A stretch of DNA of 64,000 nt from a virus (taxonomy: Duplodnaviria; Caudoviricetes): positions 1 through 64,000 of the IMG/VR virus record IMGVR_UViG_3300049172_000088; one strand, written 5' to 3'. Positions 7,616-18,266 of this stretch are shown piece after piece (position 1 is the stretch's first letter; every line of letters starts with the position of its first letter). The position numbers and the translations under genes were made by a program. The notes under the pieces are model-generated. The model did no database searches. It was not told the origin of the DNA and was given only the letters and a program-made list of their open reading frames with translations.

Positions 7616-8191
7616 CTACGACCGGGCGATCCGGTTGCGCTCGGCGAGGAACGACTCCTGCGCGCGGCGAAGCGCACGCTGATGGCGTCGACCGCCAGTC
7701 TGTGCGCCGATCAGTGCGAGGTCCCTCGCGGAGCCGGACAGGGCCGCATCGCCGGCGCGGCCTACCTCCATCGCGACCGCAGCGATTGCCTGCGCCAGGA
7801 CGGGCATCGCCTGGGCGACGGCCGCCGAGCTGGCCTGGTCCCAGCCGAAGACGGTCTGTGAGCACCGGCCGATGGCGGCGTAGGGCGTGCCGTGGACGAT
7901 GCGGGCTTCCAGTGCATGCGCGAGGGCAGTCAGGCCAACCATGGCCTTGGCTCGGGGGGATGTCCACGCCTGCGCCTGTGCGGCGATGGCACCTTGGAAG
8001 ACACCGACCGCGACGAGCAACTGGTCGCAGGCGGCGACCAACTGCTCGCGTTGATCGCTGTGGCGGTGCCGCCGGGCCCGCAGAAGTCCGATGAGAGCAC
8101 CGACGCCGGTGAGAATGCCGATGGTCGCAGCTACGGCAGGATCGAGCAGGTCGGCCCAGGCGAGGTTCACCGTCTCAGGGTGACTGCCCAT
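7616..8191 (-). CDS. Membrane-anchored hypothetical protein (moron-like)
   Basis: N-terminal hydrophobic segment AVAATIGILTGVGALIGLL; 191 aa. Confidence 0.55.
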   Translation of the reverse strand: MGSHPETVNLAWADLLDPAVAATIGILTGVGALIGLLRARRHRHSDQREQLVAACDQLLVAVGVFQGAIAAQAQAWTSPRAKAMVGLTALAHALEARIVHGTPYAAIGRCSQTVFGWDQASSAAVAQAMPVLAQAIAAVAMEVGRAGDAALSGSARDLALIGAQTGGRRHQRALRRAQESFLAERNRIARS

Positions 8192-8231
8192 GGGTGCTGA
8201 TCATGGGGCATTCCGCAAGATGAGCTCGGCT

Positions 8232-8513
8232 TCAAGTCCGCCTTCCCCGGCCGGGGAAGTCCTCGCGGTCGATGTAGGGCTCGGTGAGGAGGTCGAGGAT
8301 GGCCCTGCCCATGGTGGCCTCCTTGCCGGTCCGGTCGAGCGCGTTTTCGCATTCGAGGAGGATCTTGCGCTTGGCCACGATGTCGGCGAGCAGGCGGTCT
8401 CCGTGCTCCTGGAAGTAGCGGTAGATGACCTTTTGATTCATGATTCGGTCGAGGGTGGCTTCCTCTTCTTCCCAGCGCTGGGTGAGGTAGTTGGCGATGG
8501 TGACGAACTCCAC
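8232..8513 (-). CDS. DUF6221-like protein
   Basis: YLTQRWEEEE...RLLADIVAKRKIL...ILDLLTEPYIDREDF; start codon uncertain. Confidence 0.6.
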   Translation of the reverse strand: MEFVTIANYLTQRWEEEEATLDRIMNQKVIYRYFQEHGDRLLADIVAKRKILLECENALDRTGKEATMGRAILDLLTEPYIDREDFPGRGRRT

Positions 8514-8687
8514 GTCGCTCCCCTGGTCCGTACTGAGGTGCCGTTCGCTCCTTTGCGACCCCCGACGCACGGATGCACCTTTCGTTCTTTTCGCACCCTC
8601 CGATACTCCGCGCCCCTCCGTCAAGTTCTGTGGGTAACAAGCGCGCTACAGATCGTGCGCGCAGGCTGGCCATGCTCCCGCCGGGAA

Positions 8688-9479
8688 TCACCGGTCTCCC
8701 GCGTAGCGATAGACGCGCACTCCGTCGTCGTCCACCGACGCTGTTGGCTCGTAGGTGGGATGGCTCACCGGCGCGAGCGGATCGAAGTCGGGGCTGTCGA
8801 GCGTGGCCCAGGGCGTCACCGGGGGCATCCGCCAGAGCGATGGCCACTCATTCCCGAAGGTGACCCGCTGCCCATCATGGGGGCCGCCGACCAGCCTGCC
8901 CACGTTCGGCTGGACGTCGTAGAGGTGGTCGAGCCTCACAGCGTCCCCTCCCTCATGACGTTGCCCTTGTGATCGATGACCTGCCAGGCGCCCGCCTCCA
9001 GGTTCTCGTTCAGCACGATGGGCACGCCGAACAGCGATCCGCCGGGCGGTGGCGGCGTCCATCCGATCGGCCGCCACGCATCCTCAGGCGCGGGCCCTTC
9101 GTGCTGGGCGGTGGCCTTGAGCCAGTCGAGCACGGCCTGGCCGACCTCGACGCGGGCCACCGGCGGTGGCTCGGGTAGGCGCCGGGCCAGCTCAAGGATC
9201 TGGGCGAGGATGTCGCTCACGGCCGCAACTCTTCTGGCAGGTTGGTGCGCAGCCAGAGCTCGCAGGCGGCGCACAGGTCGAGCCAGCGCGGGCCACCTCG
9301 GGCCTCCACCTGGACCGCACGATGTAAGCGCACATCGCCCGCTGGCCACAGCGCAGACAGGAGTGCACCTCATCGCGGCACCGGTGCTCGATGTGCGCGC
9401 CGTCGGCATCCTCGGGTGCCGGGGACAGCAGGGTGGGCTCAACGGCGAGGAGGGTCAGCATACCCTCGACGGTGCTCAC
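8688..9479 (-). CDS. Three small overlapping hypothetical ORFs (8688-8939, 8936-9220, 9192-9479)
   Basis: Coupled starts and stops; protein-like sequences (LVGGPHDG; SLFGVPIVLNE; CLRCG). Confidence 0.55.
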
Positions 9480-10279
9480 GGCTTCCAGTCCTCCCGGTAG
9501 TCACTCAGCGTGTCCTCGGCCTTATCCAACCTGGTGACGTGCCTTCGAAGATCGATCAGCCAGCGCTGTCCGTCCTCGTCGGTGAACTCCACCGTGGGGG
9601 CATGCGCGGCAAGGTTTTCACGGCTCAGGCCTGGCCGCGCGAAGCATGCCGTGCCCTGGGGTGCGAGATAGGGCCACGAGCTTCCGGATCCGAGCGCCAC
9701 GTCCCCCATGGCCCAGCCGTAGAGGGCGAGCACCGAGCCGAAGCGGACCGTGAGGTCCGTGATGGGGCTTGAGCCTCGGTTCTCGATGCGAAGGCATGTC
9801 GACGGCCAGGTGGACTCCCCCGTGTTCTGCATGTCTGTCAGCAACCTGGCGAAGGGAGTCAGTGCAGAATCCTGGTGGTGAGGGACGGTGAAGGTCGACA
9901 GATACACCTGCCGAGCACGGTGCAGTTGCGCTTGCCGCCGCTGCTCGCGCTGCTCTTCAAGGTGTTCTTGGAGACGACGATCGGCAGCTTCGCGTTCCTC
10001 CAGCAGCCGCTGCTCAGCCTCCATCCGTTCATGCTCGCGGAGCTTGTCGTCCCGCCTGCGATCGCTTTCGCGTCGACGACCGTCCACGATCAGATTGACG
10101 ATGGCGATGGCGAGCGCGGCCACGACGGCGAGCAACGTCCCCCATCCCTGCATTTGGTCGTAGATAAGCGAGTCATCCGGCTTGGGGGTGTGAGTGACCG
10201 TGACGGTGACTGTCGGCTGGGGCGTGCCGGCGCTTCCTAAGATCTTCCCCGTGCTTGGGAACGAGAGGGGGATGGTCAC
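9476..10279 (-). CDS. Membrane-anchored coiled-coil moron protein
   Basis: TM segment WGTLLAVVAALAIAIVNLIV, then a charged coiled coil; atypical codon usage; ends DYREDWKP. Confidence 0.6.
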   Translation of the reverse strand: MTIPLSFPSTGKILGSAGTPQPTVTVTVTHTPKPDDSLIYDQMQGWGTLLAVVAALAIAIVNLIVDGRRRESDRRRDDKLREHERMEAEQRLLEEREAADRRLQEHLEEQREQRRQAQLHRARQVYLSTFTVPHHQDSALTPFARLLTDMQNTGESTWPSTCLRIENRGSSPITDLTVRFGSVLALYGWAMGDVALGSGSSWPYLAPQGTACFARPGLSRENLAAHAPTVEFTDEDGQRWLIDLRRHVTRLDKAEDTLSDYREDWKP

Positions 10280-11029
10280 CCGTAGCTCAGCTCCTCGTCG
10301 GCGAGGCCGGCGAGAGCGGCGGCCGCGGCCGACACCTCCTGCAGCTGCTCAGGGCTCATGGCCTTGAGCGCGGCGCGGGCCTGGTCGACGTCACCGCGGT
10401 ACATCCAGCCGAACGCGCCCTGGGCGGTCAAGATACGCCCGGCCTTCCCGACCGCTTCGCCGTGCTGGCGCATGGAGCGCTCGAAGTTCTCCTGCCACTC
10501 CGGGCTGCCGAACGGTGGGGTGGTCACGGCTTGGTCTCCACTCGCTTGATGCCGCCCCGCACGTTGACGCGGGCCTTGATGGTCGTGCCACCGGGGATGG
10601 CGTCGCGGCGGGCTTCCTCGACGAACGCGGCGAGCTCGTCGAGGGTGAGCCCGACCTTGGGGTCGCTGGCGTCGGCTTGGACAGTGCGTGTGATCATGTC
10701 CGGTCCTCTCGGTTCTCCAGCCAGTGGGTCAGGTCGTCCCTGAGTGCGCGCACGAGCTGCTCGTCGAGCACCACGGTGGCGCGGACTTCGCCGCCGCCGT
10801 GCTCTTCGTTGTAGGCGATCATCCCGAGGCGCAGGTAGGGGACGGGCTTCCAGGTGGCCTGATCGCTGCCGTCGGCGTCGATGTGGCACCAGTCTGGGAT
10901 GTGGGCGGTGTCGATGCTGCCGTACCGCCACGGGTCGTCGGCGACGCGGACGTGCGATCCGAGGTAGGCGATCGGCTGCGGCAGGTCGCCATCCCCGTCG
11001 GCGGACAGGCGGGTGCAGTAGATCGACAT
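10276..11029 (-). CDS. Three small hypothetical ORFs (10276-10527, 10524-10697, 10694-11029)
   Basis: Translationally coupled ORFs with high-GC3 codon usage. Confidence 0.6.
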
Positions 11030-11673
11030 CAGGCATCTCCGTAGTAGTAGGTGGCGCGGCCGTCACCCCACACCAGCATGGCGGAGCCGTCCACCTGGTT
11101 CTTCTCGATTCTTCCGGCGGGCCGATCGCCGTTCCCGTCCTCGCACCGGGGGTTGACGCAGCGGACACGGCCAGACTGCTGCGCCACCCGCAGGCTGTAC
11201 GTCGAGCAGTAGACGCAGGCGGGCGGCAGGCCCTTGCTGACCCTGATCGGGATCCACTTCTCCGACTCGCCGATGTCGCGGATCTGCAGACCCCGCTCGA
11301 TCCACGATGCGATCTCCCGGGCCGCCTTCTTTACAGCGTGGTCCGGAGCACCGAATGCGAGCTTGACGATCGCCTTCAGTGCCTCCTCCGTGTTGCCATC
11401 CGAGTCGCCGCGGCCGGCCACCCACCGGCCCGCAGGCAGCTTGCCCGTGATCGCGTAGTGCAGATCCACCTCGATGTCCCGGACGCCGGCGTGCACAGTG
11501 GTGAGCACGCCCGCGGCCTCGACATGCCAGGGCGCCGGCGACCCGGTGACCTTGTGGTGGCTCATGGTGCCCTTGGCCGGGTCGGCGATAGGTTCGGGTA
11601 GCAGCTCCCGCAGGCGGGGCAGCAGCGCCTTCAGCTCCCCCGCCAGTACCTCGACCTCTTCCGCTGGCGTCAT
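11029..11673 (-). CDS. Conserved actinophage Zn-binding putative late regulator
   Basis: PAPWHVEAA...HAGVRDIE...PACVYCSTYSLR...RCVNPRC. Confidence 0.65.
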   Translation of the reverse strand: MTPAEEVEVLAGELKALLPRLRELLPEPIADPAKGTMSHHKVTGSPAPWHVEAAGVLTTVHAGVRDIEVDLHYAITGKLPAGRWVAGRGDSDGNTEEALKAIVKLAFGAPDHAVKKAAREIASWIERGLQIRDIGESEKWIPIRVSKGLPPACVYCSTYSLRVAQQSGRVRCVNPRCEDGNGDRPAGRIEKNQVDGSAMLVWGDGRATYYYGDA

Positions 11674-11693
11674 CGTGTCCTCTCACTCGTTCC

Positions 11694-11757
11694 GTACCTG
11701 CCGAGCCGCGACGAGCCCCACCCTGACCTGCCATGCCGAGCCATGCCCAGCCGTGAA
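11694..11757 (-). ncRNA. Orphan pentamer-repeat guide (vrRNA-like) unit
   Basis: Intergenic; 10 pentamers (11703-11752) followed on the minus strand by GGCA-GGT; same grammar as the main array. Confidence 0.7.
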
Positions 11758-11797
11758 CAGCTTGGGCGTCGAAGCTGTGCGCCTCGATTTCTGCTGG

Positions 11798-14578
11798 TCA
11801 GAACGGCGCCTGGTCGCTGATCGCGACGGGGTTGCCGATGGTGAGGTTGCGGCACCAGAGCTGGCCACCCGCCCTTCCGTACGCCAGCTCGGCGTTCTCA
11901 GGGTCGAGCTGCCACAGGGCGTCGGTGCTGGGCGGTTCGTCGGCGCGAGCGGTTACCGTCCACTCGGTGCGGGTGGGCAGCTCGGCCCACGCCTCTTCGG
12001 CTTCGCGGTAGCCGCGCAGCTCGCTGGTGAGCTGGAGGACGGTCCAGAGCACGTTCGCCGTGTTCGGGCCGACGGTGTTCGGCTGCCACTCGGCCAGGGA
12101 TGCCTCGTACGCGGCGTCGATCGCGTCGAGGTCGAGCGGCTCTGGGTCAGGCTCCGTCGGCTCGCGGTGGTCGTCGCGGAGTTCCTCGGTGGTCCACTCG
12201 CGACCGTTCTCGTCTTCGATGATCACGTTCGTCCTCTCTTCCAGTACCGGGTGCGCTGCCAGAGGGTGGCGGGCCGCCACGTCACGCCGATCGCGTGCCC
12301 GCCGTCGTGCACGGGCCATTCGCCGTCCCAGTCGCACGCGTCGCACGCGTCGCCGATCCGCCACAGCGCGCCGCACTGGCACCGCCACAGGTCGCCGAGC
12401 TGGCCGTCGGGCAGCTGGCTGTGGACCACTGCGGGCGGGGCGGTGGGCGACGGCGGCTCCGCGCTCATCGACGGCAGCCGGTAGAGCACGTCACGCATCG
12501 GCGGCTTGCAGGTGTGCGGGTCCGAGGTCGCCCGCCGCACCCAGGTCACGGCTCGATCCCCTGTGCTGAGCAGTAGGTCCGTGCATCGGTCAGGCAGTCG
12601 CCGAGCTGGCCGTACCATGCCGGGTCGTCGTCGAGGTCGATCGCCACCCGCAGTTCCGCTCCGCCGTTGTGGTCGACGGCGCCGAGGGTGACGTGCACTC
12701 CCGCGGCGATGAGCCAGTTCAAGTCGGCGAGAGCCGCCTCGGCCTGCTGCCGGGCTTCGTGCGGGCTGAGCTTGCCGACGCGCTGGAGGACGAACGCGAA
12801 CCGCTCGACCTCGCCCGCGAGCTTGACCTCCATCTCGACGTAGTTCTCGGCGTCGCCGATCATCTCCCGGGCGGCGTGCACCCACACGGCGACGATCTCT
12901 CGCGGCGGGATGAGGTTGAGTTCGAGCTTGCCGCGCTCGACGGTGAGGCCGCGCATCAGGGTCTGGTCGGCGAGGGCCTCCGCGTCGGCGGTGATGCGGC
13001 GCTCCAGCTCGGCGCGCAGCTCGTTGGCCTCGGCGCGGGCCTGGTCGGCGCGTTCCTTCCAGTCGGCGTTCGTCCAGATGTGCGTCTCGTCGCGGCTGGC
13101 GCGGGCGGCGTCCCGCTCGGCGCGGAGCCGGTCGAGCTCGCGGTCCTTGGCCTGGAACGCGAGCGCGATGGCCACGAACTCCGGGCCGTCCACCAGCTCG
13201 GCGAGCTCCGGGTATCGCTGGCGCAGGTGTTCGTCGTTCACGGTGCTATCCCTCGTAGGCGGGGCTGGCGTGGTCGGTGACCCACCGCTCGTACGCCGGG
13301 TCGTCGTGCTCGGGATCGTCGTGGTCTGGGATGGGCTCGGCAGTCACCAGCGCCCCTGGATCTCGGACCAGGTGGCCACCGCGCAGGCGTGCTGCCACAG
13401 CTTCGGCTGCCGGGCGAACAGCTCGGCCTGCTGATCCATCGGCATCTCGCGGATGGCGGCGGCCAGCCCGGCGGCGGCGTCCTCGGCGAGCTTGATGTCC
13501 GGGTAGACCCACCGGATCAGGCGGCGGATCACGTCTCCTCCGCCCGGGCCAGCGCCCGCCGTACGCGGGTGGCCAGCGCCGCTGCGGCGGCGCCGATCGG
13601 GGCTAGGAGCACGGCGGTCGCAGCACATCGCCAGCCGCCGCCCCAGATCGCGGCCAGCAGCAGCCCGAACACGAGCACGAACGACACGCGCGCCGCCAGG
13701 GTGGCGCGGGACACGAACCGCTCAGCCCGGCGGCGATCCTCGGGGGTGAGCTTCGGCGTGGTCATGAAGCCCGCCCGGCAAGCGCAGTGACGGCGACGAT
13801 GGCACAGTCCCGGCACCAGTGGAGCGGCTCGCCACGCCGGGGCAGCTCAGGGACATACGGGTCGCTCAGCGAGCAATCCCGCTCGACGATCACACGGTCA
13901 TCGATGTCGGCCAGTTCCCGCTGGCAGCCGTCGCAGCGGATGATCGTGCTCATCGGTTCCTCCTCACCCGCGCGCGGCGGCGCCGATCGTAGGTGGTCTT
14001 CACGCGGACGACGGCCGGCCACCGCCAGAGCAGCTGCTCGCGGTCGAGGCGGCGTTCGGCGTCGGCGACCACCTTCACGGGGACGATCCGGCGCATCCAC
14101 TGGCTCCACGTCTCGCCGGGCTGCCACTCCCCGCCCGGCTTGAACACGCGCGGCGCGTGGCGGCGCTTCACGCCGCCCGTCCGATGTAGGTGACGACGTA
14201 GCCGTGATCGGCCAGGTCGTCGAGCGCGGCGGCCACCATGGCGTCCCGCGCCGCGATGGGCAGCTGGCCGTCGGTCTCCTGGCTGGAGATACGTGAGATC
14301 GCGTTGAACATGACCGCGCGTGCCCCGCTGTCGTGGCGTGCCGCCTGTGCGCTCTCCTCCTCCAGTGGGCGGCCGAGGCATGCCGCCGCGGCCTTCGCGG
14401 CGATCAGCGCGTCGATCAGCACCGCCTGGCGGACTGCCTTGCCCCTCGTGGCGGCTCTCCTCAGCCGGTCGAGGTCGGCGCCATCCCAGATGTGGTCGAG
14501 GTAGTCCACGACGACGGGTAGCACCATGCGCAGGTAGTCGGAGTCGGCGGTGTTCGCTTCGGTGATCACGTCGGTCAC
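11798..14578 (-). CDS. Run of small early hypothetical ORFs (e.g. 11798-12226, 12223-12549, 12546-13241, 14168-14578)
   Basis: Overlapping start/stop codons; several Cys motifs (CQCG, CDAC, CDGC); no recognisable function. Confidence 0.55.
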
Positions 14579-15066
14579 AGTGCACCTCTGGGGAGCGTGG
14601 CCATGTCGATGTCGCCCTCGAAGAGCAGCACCTCGGACAACTGGAGTTGGTCGCGCAGGGCGGCGGCCGTAGCCGCGGCATGCTCGGACACCTCGCCGAC
14701 ATTGCCGATGGCGAGCACGTCGCCCGGCCGGACGATGACGATGCGGGTGGAGGAGACGAACTCGACCGTGCCTGCCTCCAGTCGGAACCCGATGCCGCGG
14801 ACGGTGGTCACGTACTGCGGGTTCCTGCGGTCGTCGGGGAGCATCCGACGCAGGCCCAGGATGTGCATGTCGAGCGTCTTGGTGTCGCCCGTCCACTTCG
14901 CGCCCCAGACGGCCCGCATGATGTTGGCGCGGGTCACGACCTGCCCTTCGTGGGTGGCGAGGTAGGCGAGCAGGTTGAACTGGAGTCGTGGCAGGGCGAG
15001 GGCCCGGTCGCCGCGCCACGCCCGTCGCCCTTCCATGTCGATACGGATCTTGGGCAGGTCAGCCAT
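14575..15066 (-). CDS. OmpR/PhoB-type winged-helix DNA-binding domain without a receiver domain
   Basis: QFNLLAYLATHEGQVVTRANIMRAVWG...KTLDMHILGLRRML...YVTTVRGIGFRLE (Trans_reg_C). Confidence 0.85.
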   Translation of the reverse strand: MADLPKIRIDMEGRRAWRGDRALALPRLQFNLLAYLATHEGQVVTRANIMRAVWGAKWTGDTKTLDMHILGLRRMLPDDRRNPQYVTTVRGIGFRLEAGTVEFVSSTRIVIVRPGDVLAIGNVGEVSEHAAATAAALRDQLQLSEVLLFEGDIDMATLPRGAL

Positions 15067-15484
15067 CGTGTGCTCCTCGGCAGGGTGTCAGGGCGGGGTC
15101 ATCGGGGTGGACGCCGTTGGCGATGGCCATCTCGCGGTAGTCGTCGTACAGCGGCACGTCGGAGTGCACGCCGCTGTAGTCGGTGCGGCTCATGCGGATG
15201 GCGAGGTTGTGGTCAGCGCCGCGCAGGAGGAACCCGGCGCACGTCTTGGGGTGCTCGCGGCCGGAAGTGTGGCAGGCGAACACGGAGTCGGCGAGGTCGT
15301 ACGCGGTGCGCGCGGAGTGGCGGAACACCTCGGCCGGGAACGTTCCGACGTGCGCGTCTCGCCGCCACGGGCAGGTGGGGCACGGGCGGGTCTGGAAGGC
15401 GCGCCCGCCGCCCCTGATCGTGGTGACGCCCCACTCGCCATCGCCGCCGTCGTGGACGCTGAGCACCTCGGGACGGTCGGCCAT
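15059..15484 (-). CDS. DUF6283-like Cys-rich protein
   Basis: RPCPTCPWRRD...FACH...CAGFLLRGADHNLAIR. Confidence 0.7.
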   Translation of the reverse strand: MADRPEVLSVHDGGDGEWGVTTIRGGGRAFQTRPCPTCPWRRDAHVGTFPAEVFRHSARTAYDLADSVFACHTSGREHPKTCAGFLLRGADHNLAIRMSRTDYSGVHSDVPLYDDYREMAIANGVHPDDPALTPCRGAHDG

Positions 15485-16695
15485 CACCGGGCCACCTGGG
15501 CGCCGACGATCACCCGTGAGGCGTCGTGGTCGTGGCAGTGCCCGTGCTCGAACGCGAACTCGGCAACGTCCATCGGCCACCGGATGTCGTGGTAGCCGAT
15601 CACCACGTCGCGGCCGTCCTGGCGGACAGTGTGCACAGTGTCGCCGGGCCGGTCGGCCTCAGCCACCACCGCGGCGGCCGACTCGACGCTGATGCAGTGC
15701 AGGCGGACCTCAGGCATCGACGACACCTCCCAGGAGCCGGAACCGCTCCGGGTAGAGGCGGGCGGCGGCCTGGGCCATGAGCGCGTGCTGGATGGCGTGC
15801 ACGTGGACCAGGAGCTCGTTCAGGTCGTGCGCCCGGGTGGGGCCGTCGCCGACTACCTGCGACAGCTTCTCGGCGAGCCGGGCCGCGAGGTCGAGGGCGG
15901 CGAGCTCGGCGGCGGTGAAGCAGTCGTCGCCTTCCTGGTCGTCGCCCTCCTCCACCCGCTCGGCGCGCTCGCGGGCGAGCTGGGCGTACACGCTGGACGG
16001 CATCGGGGCCGGGAACGGGTGCGCATCCAGGTAGGCGGCGAACGCCCGCATGCCCTCCGCCATGAGCGCAGATGCGGCCGCCTCGACTGCGACGGGCGCG
16101 ATCCGGAACATCTCCGTGTACGTGTGCGAGCAGTGCTCGTAGTCGCGGAATTCGCGCTGCCAGAGCGCCTCGGCTGCGGCGGCCGCGGCCTGCTGCGGGA
16201 TCTCACTCATCGTCGTCTCCGCAGCATTCGGCGATCCAGCCGCCCGCGCCGTCGGAGCGGATCTGCTCGCCGGACGCGAACTCCTCTCCGCAGCAGGCGC
16301 AGAAGCCGGGCCACTGGGCGGTGGTCCTCGGGGTCAAGGCGGTCCTCCTCGGGGCCGATTCGGGGATCTTCATGCAGTGCGCGCACTGCGACTTGATTAG
16401 TTCGGTTAGGTCGCAGCGGGGCTCATCAGCCATCGGCCGGCCCCATCGCTTCGGCGATCAGCGATGCGCCTCGGAGCTGTTCGAGGTAGTCGTCAAGCTC
16501 GCCGTGCCCTGCGGCGTCGATGAGCTGCCAGCCGACGTTGAGCAGGCTGCACACGATGTCGAGAAGCTTGTCGGCGTCCTCTGCTTCGTGAATCAGCGCG
16601 CTGATGTCCTTCCGGCTCTCCTGCCGCCACATGTCGAAGAGCTCGGCGGCGCGGCGGGTGTTGCGGACCATCGCCTGGTGGCGCCCCTCATCCAT
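15484..16695 (-). CDS. Four small hypothetical ORFs (15484-15726, 15710-16210, 16203-16433, 16426-16695)
   Basis: Coupled ORFs; 16203-16433 has CAHC and CACC...ECC zinc motifs. Confidence 0.6.
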
Positions 16696-17066
16696 GGGCG
16701 GTCGCCTCCTCCAGCTCGACGACGGCCCAGTACTCGCTGAGCTTCACCGGCTGCCACAGCGTCAGGTCCACCGCCCGCTCTGGGATGGATGCCGATGAGC
16801 CGGCCCGCCTTCGTGTTGAGGCGGGGCACGAGGTGGCCGGTACGGCCGTCGAGCCGCCATCCCTCAGGCACGTCGCCGCCGTCGTGGTCGAGGCCGGCGA
16901 TGCAGCCGGTGAGGTTGTTGACCATGACCTTGCGGTCGTCCACGCCCATCGCGGCGAGTACCACCCGTACCCGTTGCCGCCAGGCGACGACAGCGGTCTC
17001 CGTGTCGTGCCAGTGCGTGAGCACGGCGGGGGCGAAGCTGCGGTACACGGTCTGCCGGTCAGTCAT
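16688..17066 (-). pseudogene. Frameshifted / internally deleted phage gene
   Basis: The frame from ATG 17066 becomes non-protein-like after RLIGI (about 16790). The +1 frame reads IPERAVDLTLWQPVKLSEYWAVVELEEATAHG* and ends overlapping the next gene. Confidence 0.55.
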
Positions 17067-18073
17067 CGAGCCCCTCCGGCCACGAGCGGATGACGGCGGC
17101 GGCCCGCTCGCCCTGACGGGTGATGAGAAGCATGTCGTCGGGCCCCTCCTCGGCGAGCTCAACCTCGACCGCCTGGGCGATCCGCTCGCATGCCTCGGTG
17201 AGCAGCGCGGCGGCGAGGATGCGCACGGCGTCCACGTGCCACGGGATGCCGTTGGCGAGCACCGTCGGGTAGACGGCCTCGATCAGGTCGGTCGGGAGGT
17301 CCTCGGGGCGGATCGGCTCGCACGTCTCGTGCACCTGCTCAGGCATCGGAAGCCTCCTCTTGGGCGGGCTCGTCCTCTGCCGGCTGGGTGCCGGGCGCTC
17401 GCATGATCCGGATGCGCTTTCCGGCGACGTACTCGGTGCGTTCGACCGTCCAGCCCGCTCGCTCCAGCTCGGCAACGTCTAGGGGTCCGCTCTGCGAGGC
17501 GACCAGAGCGTCGACTTCGGGGTGGCACTGCTGGATGTGGTCGAGCAACATGTCGGCACCGCCTTGCTCGACAGGGTGAGCCGTGGTCGGAGTCGCCTTG
17601 CAGCAGGGGCGGCCAGTGGCCGGGCACCCGTCCTGGCAGTACGCGCATCCCGCGGTGGCGCAGTGGTCGCCGGTGTCGTCGGTCTCGCACAGCACGGGAT
17701 CGCATCGGCAGCACTCGGGGTGCTGGGTGTACTGCGGGACTTCGCCGCGGAGCGCCCGGGCGGTGCGGGCTGCGAACGCGTACGCCATCGCGCCGCGCGG
17801 CTGCGGCCCCTCTTGTGCGAGCTGGCTGGCCATGACCTCCAGCAGGGAGCGGAGCGGGCCACGGGCGTTGAGCAGCGCCACCATCAGCGCGGCCAGCTCG
17901 GTCGTGCCCGCGTCGAACCAATCGCAGCCCTTGCAGACCAGTGCGGGCTCGTCGTGGTTCGCACAGACGCGAACGAACGTGCCGTCCACCACGGTCGCGA
18001 CCGCGTACGGGTTCAGCGCGCCACGCACCCAGTGGGCGGCGGCCCGCATCTCTTCGACGGACGTCTCAGCCAC
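17059..18073 (-). CDS. Two hypothetical ORFs (17059-about 17345 and 17339-18073)
   Basis: Coupled ORFs; the second has several Cys clusters. Confidence 0.55.
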
Positions 18074-18266
18074 CGAGGGTCTCCAGGTCGAACTCGCCGC
18101 CGCGGACGCCGGCGAGGAACGCCTCCCACTCCGGGCCGGTGAAGTGGAGGACGGGCCCGCCGCCCTGGTCCTTGCTGTCGCGGACGGACACGCCGCCGTC
18201 GGCCGCCGGGGCGACCTCGACGCAGTTGCCCCACGAGTTGCTGTAGCTGCTCTTGCGGAAGTTCAT
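18066..18266 (-). CDS. DUF397 family protein
   Basis: FRKSSYS...NCVEVA...VSVRDSKD..GPVLHF...WEAFLAGVRGGEF, the canonical DUF397 signature. Confidence 0.93.
   Translation of the reverse strand: MNFRKSSYSNSWGNCVEVAPAADGGVSVRDSKDQGGGPVLHFTGPEWEAFLAGVRGGEFDLETLGG

Noticed and set aside
11703-11752. Orphan guide targeting host bldC (DAEPLL)
   Set aside because: Only the first six code pairs fit; the remaining four disagree with BldC TPAE.
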